Positions 15,851 to 28,718 of a stretch of 64,000 nucleotides of DNA are shown here, piece after piece. This DNA comes from the human T2T-CHM13v2.0 reference genome, Homo sapiens. The translations under genes were made by a program, and so were the position numbers. The DNA is taken from NCBI RefSeq assembly GCF_009914755.1, contig NC_060927.1; one strand, 5' to 3'. Position 1 is the first letter of the stretch. The number at the start of each line of letters is the position of its first letter. Under the pieces are notes generated by a model. It saw only the letters and a list, made by a program, of their open reading frames with translations. It searched no databases and was not told the origin of the DNA.

Positions 15851-16412
15851 TTTTTTTTTTTATTATTATACTTTAAGTTCTAGGTTACATGTGCAGAATG
15901 TGCAGGTTTGTTACATATGTATACGTGTGCCATGTTGGTGTGCTGCACCCATTAACTCGTCATTTACATTAGGTCTATCTCCTAATGCTATCCCTCCCCC
16001 CCTCCTCCCTCCTCCCTCCCCCATCCCCCCACCCCCCACCCAACGACAGGCCCCGGTGTGTGATGTTTCCCTTCCTGTGTCCAAGTGTTTTCATTGTTCA
16101 GTTCCCACCTATGAGTGAGAACATGCGATGTTTGGTTTTTTGTCCTTGTGATAGTTTGCTGAGAATGATGGTTTCCAGCTTCATCCATGTCCCTACAAAG
16201 GACATGAACTCATCCTTTTTTATGGCTGCATAGTATTCCAGGAAACAACAGGCGCTGGAGATGATGTGGAGAAATAGGATCACTTTTACACTGTTGGTGG
16301 GACTGTAAACTAGTTTAACCATTGTGGAAGACAGTGTGGCAATTCCTCAAGGATCTAGAACTAGAAATACCATTTGACCCAGCCATCCCATTACTGGGTA
16401 TATACCCAAAGG
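15851..16412 (-). mobile_element. L1PA 3' end with 5' inversion (minus 15851-16240, plus ~16239-16412)
   Basis: ttattatactttaagttctag L1PA end; orientation switch at tagtattcca|ggaaacaacagg; TSD gatgttgag. Confidence 0.93.
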
Positions 16413-17029
16413 ATGTTGAGCATTTTTAAATAAACCTGTTGGCTATTTGCATTTCTTCTTTGAGAAATGTCAGTTCAGGTCCTTTACCCATTTTTAAATT
16501 GGGTTATTTGGGTTTTTTTTTTGCCAATGAATTCAGTTCCTTATATATTTTAGATATTAACCACTTATCAGATGTATGGTTTGCAGATATTTTCTTCCAT
16601 TCCATAAGTTGTCTTTTCACTCTGTTGATTGTTTTCATTGTTGTACAAAAGCTTTTTCGTTTGATGCAATCACATTTTTCTATTTTTGCTTTGTTGCTAG
16701 TGCTATTGGATGTAGCCAAAAAGTGATTGCTCAGACCAATGCCAAGAAGCTTTTTTCCTGTTTTCTTCTTATAGTTTTTCTGTTTTAGGTCTTATGTTTA
16801 AGTTCTTAATTCATTTTGACTTAGTTTTGTATATGGTGTAAGATAAAAGTCCATTTCATTCTTCTACATGTGGATATCTAGTTTTGCCAACAACATTTAT
16901 TGAAGAGGCTGTTCTTTCACCATTATGTATTCTATCAATTTGGTGTATATAGACTATTGAATGCATGGATGCTTCTTTAGATAAGTAGACTAATTATTTT
17001 GTAGTGTGCTTTATTTTAGCCAATAACTT

Positions 17030-17210
17030 TTTGATCAGACAGACCTGAATTTGAGTAGTGGTGCCATTTATTGGCTGGCTACATTTGGAAAAGTTATGTA
17101 AATCATCTAATCCTCTGTAAAATGTACCATAAAGTGTTTATCACTGTGTATGGTTTGTAATAAGAATTTGACAAATATTATCCACTGAACGCTTACAATT
17201 ACCTATTATT
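17030..17210 (+). mobile_element. MIR fragment
   Basis: tcagacagacctgaatttgag...tctgtaaaatg. Confidence 0.55.
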
Positions 17211-17631
17211 GCCCAGAGAACATCTTTGAACAATAGCTCAGTTTTTTTTAGTATACATTCCAAGCAGTAGAACATCTATATATATTTGCTGAATGTTGTT
17301 TCCATTATACACTCAGAGATATAGCACAGCATTTTAACATTTTGATACTTGTTGATAGATTTTTTTTGTTAAGAGATTAACATTAATTTATATCCTAATA
17401 ATGTATACGTATTTTGCCACCTTGGTACCAATATTGGATGTTTTCCCATGTTTTACATCTTTGGCAATCAAGTAGTTAAAAATGATTTATCATTGTTATT
17501 TTAATTTGCATTCTTAAAATGTTTGTATTTCTTCTTTTCTAAATGTCTGTTTAGATCTCTATTCATTTGATAATCCTTTATTAGTGTGAGAGCTGTTTAA
17601 ATGGACAATGTTAAAAAACATATATGCATAC

Positions 17632-17633
<2 letters not shown>

Positions 17634-17671
<38 letters not shown>

Positions 17672-17765
17672 AAGTTTTATATATATCCATTTCATATATA
17701 TATATGAGACATGGGATAGTCCCATATGTATATATATATACACACACATATAGATAGTCCCATAA
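17634..17765. repeat. (TA)n microsatellite and TA-rich low-complexity region
   Basis: Pure TA run from about 17635 to 17668, followed by degenerate TA/CA. Confidence 0.95.
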
Positions 17766-19644
17766 TAACATAAAAGTTAGAAAGAATGCATGTCAAAAAA
17801 TACAAAGGCAAAAGACAAACTGGTGACATAGGAGATATATATATAAATGTGTGTGCCAAATAAATTGAACTATTTTTAAGTGTTTTCTTTAGGGTTTGGT
17901 ATTCTGTTTTCTGTAACTTTTTACTATAGAGATACATTTATGGTAAAGTTTTGATAAATAATGTTTTTATTTATGAGAAGAGTCTAATTTTCTAGAATTT
18001 TAAGTTTAGCCTGAGGAAGAAACTTGGTTTTTATTTATTTACTACCAGAAGGACATACAAAGCAGTGAAGCTGATGCTTTCAAATTATGAGGTCCTTAAA
18101 TTCCTACTGGAGCTCTGAGGTGGGTTGCATGACAGATTTAACTTGGCAAACCTCACAGAAGCTTATAAGCAACCAGTATGTCTTTCAGAATTCAGGACAT
18201 ACCATTTCCTGATTTCAAGAACAAATCTAAGAGTATTTAGAAAACTCTTTACTGTAAGGAAACATGGATTTGTTTCCTTACAGGATCTGGCTGCCTCCAG
18301 GTGAAATACTATAGTTATATTAAATGGGGCTGTGATGCTGAAATAGTGCAGTCAAAGAAAGATGCCTTGATCTTCACCATCAATTGCAGGGCAAGAGATT
18401 AAAAGTGAAATACACCACTGCAGGTCTGATTAAGAGTGAGATGACATTTATCTACGCCACAGGTTTTATCTGTCATCTTTCATTGACCAAGTGATGATGC
18501 TGCAAATGAAAATTTTGGGGGCTCTTTTGTAGAAACATTCTTTGAACAGTATGATTGTACTTGCTTTAACCTTGGTGGTTTCTTACTATTACTTTGTTCG
18601 TAAAGGTATTTGACAGGATGGTCTTAGTTATTTAAAGTTACCTTAGCACCATCTTGTTAAACTTTTTCTTTCACTGCTGTTCAAACCTTTTTTCAGGAAT
18701 GTCTTTTGATATAGAATTCTGGAGGACAATCTTATCTATTTACTAAATGATTCAATAAAAAATAGTATATAATTTCCTGAATTCCTACTAAAATTTGAAC
18801 ACCTGCTGCTTACCATTTGACATTTTCTCCAACATGAGTATTATTAAGTTTCTGTTAAGTTTTAAGTGTTTTCATGTGATCCACAGATAGCCTTGAATGC
18901 TGATAAATTGCTTATATGTGCACTGAAAACTTGCAAGAAAAGCAAATCAAAGTAAACAGTATTTCTCTTGTCAATTGAGATGAACGAAAATCCTTGACAA
19001 TAGTTTCAGTGTACAAGGAAACAAAAATAACCAAAATCATGGCTAAGCAAAATCTACTAATAAGAACACTGAATTTAGTACTGATAAAAATTATCACTTG
19101 TAGTACTCATAGCTTACAAGTTATTAAAGCCAAACCATTATCTTTTATTATCTACTCAAAACTTTTATTATCTATTCAATATACTGCATTAGAGTTTGTG
19201 GTAAGAGTGGATATATTTTATAGTTTCATAAATTCTTCTGGTTTTATTTGTCAATATTTACTTTTTTGACATATAATATTTTTATTAGCCTAATGCAATT
19301 AGCTTTCAATAGGGTTCCTAAATTATAATCTGTGCTGCAATAAAAAGTAAGAGTTTATTGTTCTTTTCTATGCTCTCTATTAAGTTTATTCAACATTTTG
19401 GTATATGACATCTACATATTCCTTGAAAAAAACAACTTCATGCACACCATTGCTGGTGGATATAATCTTGTGATTTATAACAACCTTTTTGTGCTTGATA
19501 TATAATTTGCCATTGTATGTTATTTATTTACATTTGTGAAACAGCCAACATTATCTCTCATAATTTACTACGTGGAAATTATAAACTTGTGCAGAAGGAA
19601 AAACAATGACTTTTAACAATGACTACAATGAATTAGATCTGTGA

Positions 19645-19842
19645 GTCACCCAACTATGGTCAACAGCCAAATCTAGCCCAATGCCTGTGTTTGTAAAGTT
19701 GTATGGGAACACAGCTGCACTCATTTGTTTATGTATTGTCTATGGTTGTTCTTACACTGCTTTGGAAGAACTGGGTAGCTGTGATAAAGTAAAAACATAT
19801 TTACTCTCTGGACCTGCAGGGAAAAGTTTACCAAGTCCCTGA
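19645..19842. mobile_element. MER58-like element
   Basis: caactatggtcaacagccaaatctagccc...tgtttatgtattgtctatggttg. Confidence 0.75.
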
Positions 19843-20722
19843 GTTGGATGACTTTTTAGAGTAAAAAAAATTAACAATCATATTTTTATCATGGAACTAT
19901 TTCTTCAAACAAAAATATTAGGAATTTACCCAAATATATAAAACAAAATTATTTTAAAAATGGATATCAGAAGCAACCACTTAAGATCTTATCAAGTTGA
20001 ACACCATAAACTCCTTATCACCTCTAAAAAGCTCAAATGGATTCTTATGGGAGTGTTAGAGTTCAGTGGCCAGAATCAGCAGGGAGGAGATTTTCACCAT
20101 AACTACCCAAGGCAAGTCTGGTGTCTTCCTTGAACCTCCAGATTGACTTCGACATCTGGAAAGACCATTTATCTCACCTTAATTATCAATAAAAAATACA
20201 CAAACTTTTTAGACCTCAGGCAACTTACTGACTGTAAGCAGGTTATGCTGATTAATTTTGGCCAAAAATTGTGGGTGCAGATCAACCACCATAAATCTAA
20301 AATAATAATTTGTGGTATTATCTATATATATATTAGGTCTCATTATTCAATCACGTAACTGAATAATTTGCAATTAATTCATATTCAGAGATTTGCCATG
20401 GATGTTCTTTGGTTAAAATTTGATAGAGCATTTAGAGCTGAGTCTAATGGACCTGGTTGGGTCTTTAACTGGGATAGGTTTGTCACCAGGGTCATGAGCT
20501 TCAAGATAAATATGACACTTCTTTTTTGGAGCATCAAATTTTCTTGAAAAAAAGTAAATAATTAAATGTATTATAAAATTGTATACTTAGTAAATGTAAT
20601 TAATTAATATAAAAGTATGTGTATGTGCATATATGTATATGTATGTGTGCATATAAATATATAATAGAGAGAGAAAAAGAGAAAATAACTGTGGAAAAAT
20701 ATTAACAAGTGCTATATCTAGG

Positions 20723-20950
20723 TCATGGATTCTCAACTGGGGCAATATCACCTTTAAGAGGGTGAAAATTTGTTCTTAGGAAGCCAAAAACTTACTCTTT
20801 TATGTATTAAATGTAAGTACACATAGAGTGCACAGATATATAGTATATCTGTAGTACTAAAACTTGTGTGGGGGTTTGCAGTTAGGAAAAAGCATCTAAA
20901 AAGGCTTCTTAGGAGGGTGTTATTTTCAACTAAAGGCTGAGAAACACTGA
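20723..20950. mobile_element. hAT-Charlie-type MITE (MER112-like)
   Basis: Ends catggattctcaactgggg / ggctgagaaacactg resemble Charlie terminal inverted repeats. Confidence 0.6.
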
Positions 20951-23192
20951 TCTGAGTGAAGGGTATGGTCATTTTTATTGTACTATTCTGGCAAATTTTC
21001 TGAAGGTTTAAAAGGAGTCTCTGATAATGATGAAACTATATTTTCATTCTCTTTCTTCACTGGATAGTACTGAATAGTACCAAATAATCTAGGTATTACC
21101 AACTATATGTAAACATTTAGAAGTGGTTTTATTATAAGCAAAAAGAGTGAAACTTATTTTTGGCCAAACTGGTTGCTAGTTGCTTTGATAGCCCAGAGAG
21201 AAGGAAAATGACATGAGAGCAAGAACAAGCAACTGGGGATGGAGCCTGATGCAGGGATCCTAGTGCAGTCTGAGCCTCACACACTGGCTGTGGAGTAAAG
21301 GAGTGGAAAGAGATGGCCTCTACTATTTTTTTCTGAAATCAAAGTTGCCATCGTTCAAATCAGATGTTTTGAACTTTTGATTACACACTACAAAATTGAT
21401 TCCTTCAGATTAGCTCAATTCATGCTGCAATTGTACCCAAACATTTTGCCTGCATATATACTACTGTGTTGAAGGTTCTTTTCTTCTTATGGTGATTCCT
21501 GGCTGATATGATTGTATTTTAAATTCTATATTTATGAATGCGTGTGTTGTGATTTTAAAGTCATTCATCATTCACCTTAAAGTATATTGCTTAAAATTAA
21601 ATTTTCAATTGGTAATAATATTTGGTGATGAAAAAATACTTTGAAGTATAAGCTTAAAGAAAAACAACAACTCGTAATGGGAGGAAGTTCACAGCAACTG
21701 GAACTCAGCAAGAGTGAAACAGACCTAGCATTTTTCCTAAAGTCCTCATAATGAGCTTAAGAATGGTACATATGTTAGCATTGAGGCAACCATAACTACA
21801 GAATAAAAATGTCAGATAAAGAAAAGTGTAATATATTTAAAAATTTAGATATGGGATTATCATCTTAGAAAGACAGGTGAGCCTAAGTCTTAGATCTCTC
21901 ATTCATAAAAATGATAAAAACAAAATCAAAAGCTGCTTTGGAGGCAAATGTGTGGGTCTGTTACTTTTGCAGTGACATTTACAAATCATGAAAATTTTGA
22001 AGGAAAATCTAAAAAGAGAAACATCTTGGCTAGAAAGAAAATCATTAAAAATGCAAATAGTAAAATAAAAGTATTTTAACAATTCTTATGGTCAGTTTCA
22101 GCTTCACCTTGTAAAGTGACACTCCTGTAATAAAAAATTACTGTGTGATAGAAATGGCTGGATCTATTCTGGATCAAAATCAGAAAGCCAAAGTAAAAAA
22201 TATTCCACTATGAAGCACCACCTTTTCTAATGTGTTCAAAAGGCATGCTTTCAGCGCTGATTGAGAGACTGAGGCTCACTTGGTTGAATAAAAGAATGGA
22301 TAATAATAGTTTGACTTATTTTTTAAATGTAGCTTTGCTTGCTATATTTATAACAATGTTTCTGAAGAGAGGTTACTTTGCAAAGTCTTTTATGGATAAA
22401 TAAATTTTCAGTAAAAGAATTTTGATAAAAGCTGTCCAGACATGTGCACAGATGGACCATGTTTAGAAAAGGAAAAAACACAGTAGAAACTTTGAATACA
22501 CTGATAGCCACCTCATTGTTTATCAAGTATGCCCCACCTCAAACACTCTGCCTCCTGGTCTTTTCATTTTGAACCAGGGTTGGGAGTGGGTGGGAAGGAC
22601 AAAAATTATATATTTTGAAAAAAATTGTTATTTGAATACTTAACTTTGTGGCAACTTTATACAGAAAGAAGTGGAGGGCTTGCTTTCCATATTGTGGAAG
22701 GAACTTGTCAAAATTTAAGTTTTATTTTTTCTCAGTGAAAAAGAAATATTAAGACAAAGTCTAAAGAATGAGTAGCTAAAATAAATGAATCTACCCCGGT
22801 GTTTATTTAATTTAATGTGGCTGAAAACAACCAACAATTGTGAAGAAAGGCTGTTTTTCTGCAATAATGAAAGAGACTAGAGAGTTAGATGCGGACAGTT
22901 AATTATGGAAGCTATGAATTATTTGAGATCACAGAGCTGCAGTGAGAATTAATAGAGTTAATGAATATAAAATTAGATGGCCAGCACAAAGTAGCCATTC
23001 AAAAAAGGTAGTTTGTTTTATATGATTATTCATCTTCAGCAAAAATATCATTGCATGAGTGTTTTTATTTTTTTATTTTTTATTTTTTTGCTGAGGTAAA
23101 GAACATCCAGTGGACCTGAGTGACCCAGCTCCTTAGTAGATACAGATGTCAAAATTTCCACTGCTGGTAGCAAAAAGTTGTGTATTGTGCAG

Positions 23193-23400
23193 CCAGTGGT
23201 GTGCTGGTGATAGCTTCTTCTGGCTTGCAGGAATCAATTGTAAAGTTTTCCAGAAACTTTGCAAGCTAGCTGACGTGACCTTAAACGGCCTAAAGTAGGC
23301 TATGTTTGGAGTATTTATACCATAGAAATTGGCAAACGTCATGTCAGGACATTTTTCTTTTAGAGACCTGGTTGTTATACATTTACGAGTTCTCCACTAC
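23193..23400. mobile_element. MER63-like DNA transposon relic
   Basis: ccagtggtgtgctgg start, ttataccatagaaattggcaaac, ggttgttatacatttac. Confidence 0.75.
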
Positions 23401-24286
23401 CTAAAATATCTTTGGTAAATTCTGGACTTCTTCTTTGTGATTGACTTGACGTTTAGCAGTGAAAAAAAAGATGTTATTACTTCTAGTCTCATATTTGTAA
23501 ATGTATTTTTAAAATATAGTCACATCAAGTAGGAGAAAAATTGGATGCTAAAGCTGACATGTGGTGCCTTGTTCAACAATTTAGCCTGCTTTCTAAAATT
23601 GATACACATGACTTTGTAGAACTATTGGGAAGGCATGCTTGTTCTCTTTGTACACTAGACTTTCTTCGAACAAAATGCTTTAGAAGAACAGGTATACATT
23701 GAATAAGGAAAGCACCTAAAATTCAAATTTGTAAGAATTGTGCATGAAATCAGTCTTGTTTTCACATACACACACACAAATAAGCCTTCTTTTGGGGGTC
23801 AATGTTAGTTTCATATTGCTGCTATAACAAACTATTATTAACTCAGTGGCTTAAAACAATAAATGTATTATCCTATAGTATGAAGTTAAAAAGTGCAATA
23901 TCAGTCTCATTGGGCTAAATTCAGATGTTGGTAGGTCTACATTCCCTCTGGGGGCTCTTGAGGACAATCCATTTTCTTGCCTTTTTCAGCTTTTAGAGGT
24001 CACATACATTCCTTGGCTTGTGGACCCTTCCTCCATATTGAAAGCCAGTTGTGTAGTGCTTTCAAATATCTGTCTCTGACCTTTGCTTCTATCCTCCTCA
24101 TATATCCTTCTCTGACCAACTCTCCTGCCTTGCTCTTTCCCTTTAAAAGGGCATTTGGAATTACACTGTGCCCACCCAGATAATCCAGGATAACCTCCCC
24201 ATCTCAAGAACCTTAATTTAATTCCAGCAATAAAGTTTCTTTCACCATGTAAGGTGACAGGTTCACAGGTTCTGGATAATGGATGT

Positions 24287-26344
24287 TGATATAGCTAGTG
24301 AGTCAATTAAACCTCTTTCCTTTATAAATTACCTAGTCTCAGGCATTTCTTTATAGCAGTGTGAGAATGGACTAACACACTAATACAGTAAATTGGTACA
24401 AAGGTAGTGTAGTACTACTATAAAGTTACTTGAAAATGTGAAATTGACTTTGGAACTGGGTAAGAGGTAGAGGTTGGAACAGTTTGGAGGGCTCAGAAGA
24501 CAGAAAGATGTGGGAAAGTTTGGAACTTCCCAGAGACTTGCTGAATGGTTTTGACTAAAATGCAAATAATGATGTGGACAATGAAGTCCAGGCCGAGGTG
24601 GTCTCAGATGGAGATAGGGAACTGGAGCAAAGGTCACTCTTACTATACTTTAGCAAAGAGACTGGCGACATTTTGCCCCTGCCCTAGAGATCTGTGGAAA
24701 TTTGAATTTGAGAGAGCTGATTTAGGCTATCTGGGGGAAAAAATTTCTAAGCAGCAAAGCATTTAAGATGTGACTTGGGTGCTCTTAAAAGCATTCAGTT
24801 TTATATATTCACAAAGAGATGGCTTGGAATTTGAACTTATATTTAAAAGGGAAGCAGAGCATAAAAGTTTGGAAAATTTGCAGCCTAAAAATTCGGTAGG
24901 AAAGAAAAACCCATTTTCTGAAGAGAAATTCAAACTGGCTGCAGAAATTTGCATAAGTAATGAGGAGCCAAATGTTAATCAGAAAGACAATGGGAAAATG
25001 TCTACAAGGCACGTCGAAGGGCTTCAGAGCAGCCCTTCGCATCATAGGAATCGAGGCCTAGGAAGAAAAAGTGGTTTGTGGGCCAGGCCCAGGGCCCTGC
25101 TGCTGCTCTGTGCAACCTCCAGACTTGGTGTCTGGTGTCCCAGCTGTGGCTAAAAGGGGCCAATATACAGCTCAGGTCATTGCTTCAGAGGATACAAGCT
25201 CCAAGCCTTGGTGGCTTACACATGATGTTGGGCCTGTGAGTGCACAGAAGTCAAGAATTGAGGTTTGAGAACTTTTGCCCAGATTTCAGAGGATGATGTA
25301 TGGAAAGGCCTGCATGTCCAGGCAGAAGTTTGCTGCAGGGGCAGAGCCCTCATGGAGAACTTCTGCTAGGGCAGTGCAGAAGGGAAGTGTGGGGTTGGAG
25401 CCTACACACAGAGTCCTAACTGGGGCACTGCCTAGTGGAGATATGAGAAGAGGGCCACATCCTCCAGACCCCAGAATGGTAGATCTACCAACAGCTTGCA
25501 CCTTGTGCCTAGAAAAGCTGCAGACCCTCAATGCCAGCCCATGAAAGCAGCCAGGAGGTAGGCTGTATCCTGTAAAACCACAGGGGCAGAGCTCTCTAAA
25601 ACCATGGGAACATACCTCTTGCATCAGTGCAACCTGGTTATAAGAATGCAGTCAAAGGAGATCATTTTGGAGCTTTAAGATTTAATGATTGCCCTGTTGA
25701 ATTTTGGAGTTGCATGGGGCCTGTAGTCCCTTTATTTTGGCCAATTTCTCCCATTTGGAATAGTATTATTTATCCAATGTCTGTACTCCCATTGTATCTT
25801 GGAAGTACCTACCTTGCTTTTGATTTTACAGGCTCATAGGCAAAAGAGAATTGCCTTGCCTCAGATAAGACTTTGCACTTGGACTTTTGAGTGACTGATG
25901 GAATAAGTTAAGACTTTGGGGGACTCTTGGGATTGTGCTTTGAAATGTGAGGATATTAGATTTGGGAGGGGCCAGGGGTGGAATAATATGGTTAGGCTTT
26001 GTGTCTCCACCCAAATCTCATCTTGAATTGTAATTCCCATAATTCCCACATTTCTAGGGAGAGACCTGGTGGGAGATCATTGGATCATGGGGAAGTTTTC
26101 CTATGCTGTTCTTGTGATAGTGAGTGAGTTCTCATGAGATCTGATGGCTTTATAAGGGGCTCTTCCCCCTTAGCTACTCACTCTTCTCCTTTCTGCCACC
26201 TTGTGAAGAAGGCGCTTTGCTTCCCTTCTACCTTCCACCAAGATTGTAAGTTGAGGTCTCTCAAGCCATGCACAACTGTGAGTCAATTAAACCTCTTTCC
26301 TTTATAAATTACCCAGTCTCAGGTATTTCTTTATAGCAGTGTGA
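24287..26344 (+). mobile_element. THE1D/MSTA-like MaLR provirus; 5' LTR mostly missing, internal ~24380-25983, 3' LTR ~25984-26344
   Basis: Internal part homologous to reverse complement of 2474-3979; gtgagtcaattaaacctctttcctttataaattacc occurs at ~24298 and ~26278. Confidence 0.92.
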
Positions 26345-26351
26345 TGACATC

Positions 26352-26773
26352 TGTATTAGTCCATTCTCACACTTGTATAAAGAAAGAATCGAGACTGGGT
26401 AATTTATAAGAAAAGTGGTTTAATTTGCTCACGATTCTGTAGGCTGTACAGGAAGCATAGTGGCACCTGCTTCTGGGAGGCTTCAGGAAATTTCCAACCA
26501 TAGTGGAAGGCACATGAGGGACAGGCATGTCATGTAGTGAAACCAGGAGCAAGAGAGAGTGAGGGGGGAGAGGTGCTACACACTTTTAAATGACCAGATT
26601 TCATGAGAAAACAAACTCACATTGTGAAGACAGTACCAAGGGGGGTGGTGCTAAACCACTTATGAGAAATCCACCTCCATGAGCCAATCACTTTCCACCA
26701 GGCCCCACGTCAAACATTGGGGATTACACTTCAATATGAGATTTGGACGGGGACATATGTCCAAAGTATATTA
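26352..26773 (-). mobile_element. MST-type (MSTA/MSTB) solo LTR
   Basis: tgtattagtccattctcacac...; TSD acatc (26347-26351) / acttc (26774-26778). Confidence 0.9.
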
Positions 26774-27829
26774 ACTTCTTTGGGCAGACATTATTCTCCC
26801 TAACACAGTCCACCTCCTGGCCCCCAAAGATTCATGTCTGTCCCATATACAGAGTACATTTATGCCAACCAAGTACCTAAAAGTTTAAACTCATTTGCAG
26901 TTCAAGTCCAAGATATTATTTAAACTTCATCAGCTCAAAAGTTTAAAATCTCTTTTACCATCATCATCTCCATTGGGTATGGGTTAGGCTTTGGATATAA
27001 TCCCTCCTAGGTCAAAATAGATCTCCCTTATGAATGTGTGAGACTAGAAAATATGTTATCTGCTCTCAGAATACATTAGTGGAACAATTATAGCTTACCA
27101 GTTATGCACATTCCTATTCAAAAAAGAAGAAAGTAGAGAAAAAAAAGAAATTACCCGTCCTGAGGAATTTTGAAGTTATTGGTCCTGAGGAAGCTTTAAA
27201 AATTTCATTAGATTTCAAAGCCAGGGAATATTTCTCATAACTTAGAACTCTTTCCTTAGTGTCATCTTTCCTTTTTCATGACAGGTAGCACATATTTGCA
27301 GCTGAGTAGTTTTATTAACCTGACTATAGCATTAAGGAATCAGAGTCCCCTTTCATATCATACTTTTCAATCCCTCTGGGGCCAAGCTGGCAGTGTTTCT
27401 GCTAGTATAAGGTTCTCAAGAACCTTGTGTGTCTCCTGCGTATGTCACAGGAGAACTCACTTCATTAGAAAAGAGGCTCCTTCAGAGATCTTTCCTGCCT
27501 AATTCCATCTATATTCCTAGCTTCTTCTGATGTGACTGAAAAGATCCGAGAGTCACATGCCTAATTTCTTCAAAGAGTCCTCTGTGTGACTGAATACTCT
27601 GACCTTTTGATGTTTCTGAAGTACCAGAAAAAGCTTGACTTTCTCTCCAATGCATGCTTTTCTGACAGTGAATCTCCTAATTTTAACATATGTTGCTAAT
27701 AAATGTTAAAGATAGGTTAACAATTTCTCAAATAATCAAGTCCTGATTTTCACTCAACAATTTTTCCCAACAGTTATTCCTTCAATTTGTCTCTTTCCTC
27801 TCACCTGTTACTATACACAGCAAGAAAAC

Positions 27830-27860
<31 letters not shown>

Positions 27861-28310
27861 CCAGCCTCACTTTGCTTGAGAAGATCCTCAGCTAAATATC
27901 CAAGTTCACCATTTAAAAGCTTTGCTTCCCACATAACTACAGGAGACAGTTCAGCTAAGTTTTCTCCTATTACAGCAAGAATACCCTTTCCTCCAATGGC
28001 CAAGAACATTTTCTTCAGAGACCTCACTGGCAGCATTTTTGCCACCCATATTTCTACTGACAGCTTAAGACAATTTAGTACTCTCTTAAGACCATACATA
28101 TTTTCCCTGTGGTGCTCCTCACTTCTGAGTCCTCATTAGCAGGGCTGTTAATCTTTGTTTCCATGATTGGTCTGTTAAAGGCAATCAAGATTTTTTAAAC
28201 TATGCTTCTCAAATTCTTCCAGCTTCGATCCTATTCTACAGTTTCAAGACCACTTCATTGTTTTTAGATATTTGTTACATCAGCATCCCCACCTCCAGGC
28301 CCAAAATCTA

Positions 28311-28718
28311 TATCAATCAGGGTTCAGACAGAGAAATAGAACCAGTAGAAGACTAATATTAGAAAATGTATGTCAAAGATTTGGCTCATGTGGTTGTGGA
28401 GGCTGGCTAGACACATCTTAAATCTGCAGGACAGGCAGTCAAGAAGAGCATGCTAGCAAGCTTGGACATTAGTTGAAGATACTATCCATAAGCAGAATTT
28501 TTTCTTCTTCAGGGGAAGCCTCATTTCTGTTCACCAGGCCTTTCGATGATTTAATCAGGCCCTCCAGGATTATCTAGGATAATATTCCTTACTTAAATCC
28601 AACTGAATATGAGTTTTCATACATCTACAAATACCCTCAAAGCAAAATCTAAATTAGTACTTAAAGGAATATTTGTGGACTGTAGCCTGGTCAAGTTGAC
28701 ACATAAAGTTGACCATCA
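28311..28718 (-). mobile_element. MLT-family LTR (MLT1E/MLT2D-like)
   Basis: tcagggttcagacagagaaatagaacc...caagttgacacataaagttgaccatca. Confidence 0.8.

Larger units (their letters stand above)
13955..16960 (-). mobile_element. L1MA-like element (3' UTR and ORF2 C-terminus) interrupted by four younger insertions
   Basis: ttgacaaataaaaattgtatatattt 3' end; ORF 16504-16719 KAKIEKCDCIKRKSFCT...INRVKRQLMEWKKI is L1 ORF2 C-terminal-like. Confidence 0.9.
23802..28310 (-). mobile_element. MLT1-type MaLR LTR (23802-24286 plus 26774-26806) with internal sequence (~26807-28310), split by THE1 and MST insertions
   Basis: ttgctgctataacaaa...ggcttaaaacaa, ataatccaggataacctccccatctcaag; LTR resumes at ctttgggcagacattattc; peptide ELGYLAEDLLKQ (27782-28099) resembles MaLR internal. 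Confidence 0.75.

Noticed and set aside
15891-16322. Overlapping ORFs similar to those at 51625-51928
   Set aside because: Both are L1PA 3' ends; the similarity reflects repeat homology, not a duplicated gene
24545-25839. Run of plus-strand ORFs as a multi-ORF locus
   Set aside because: Same MaLR internal remnants, broken by stops and frameshifts
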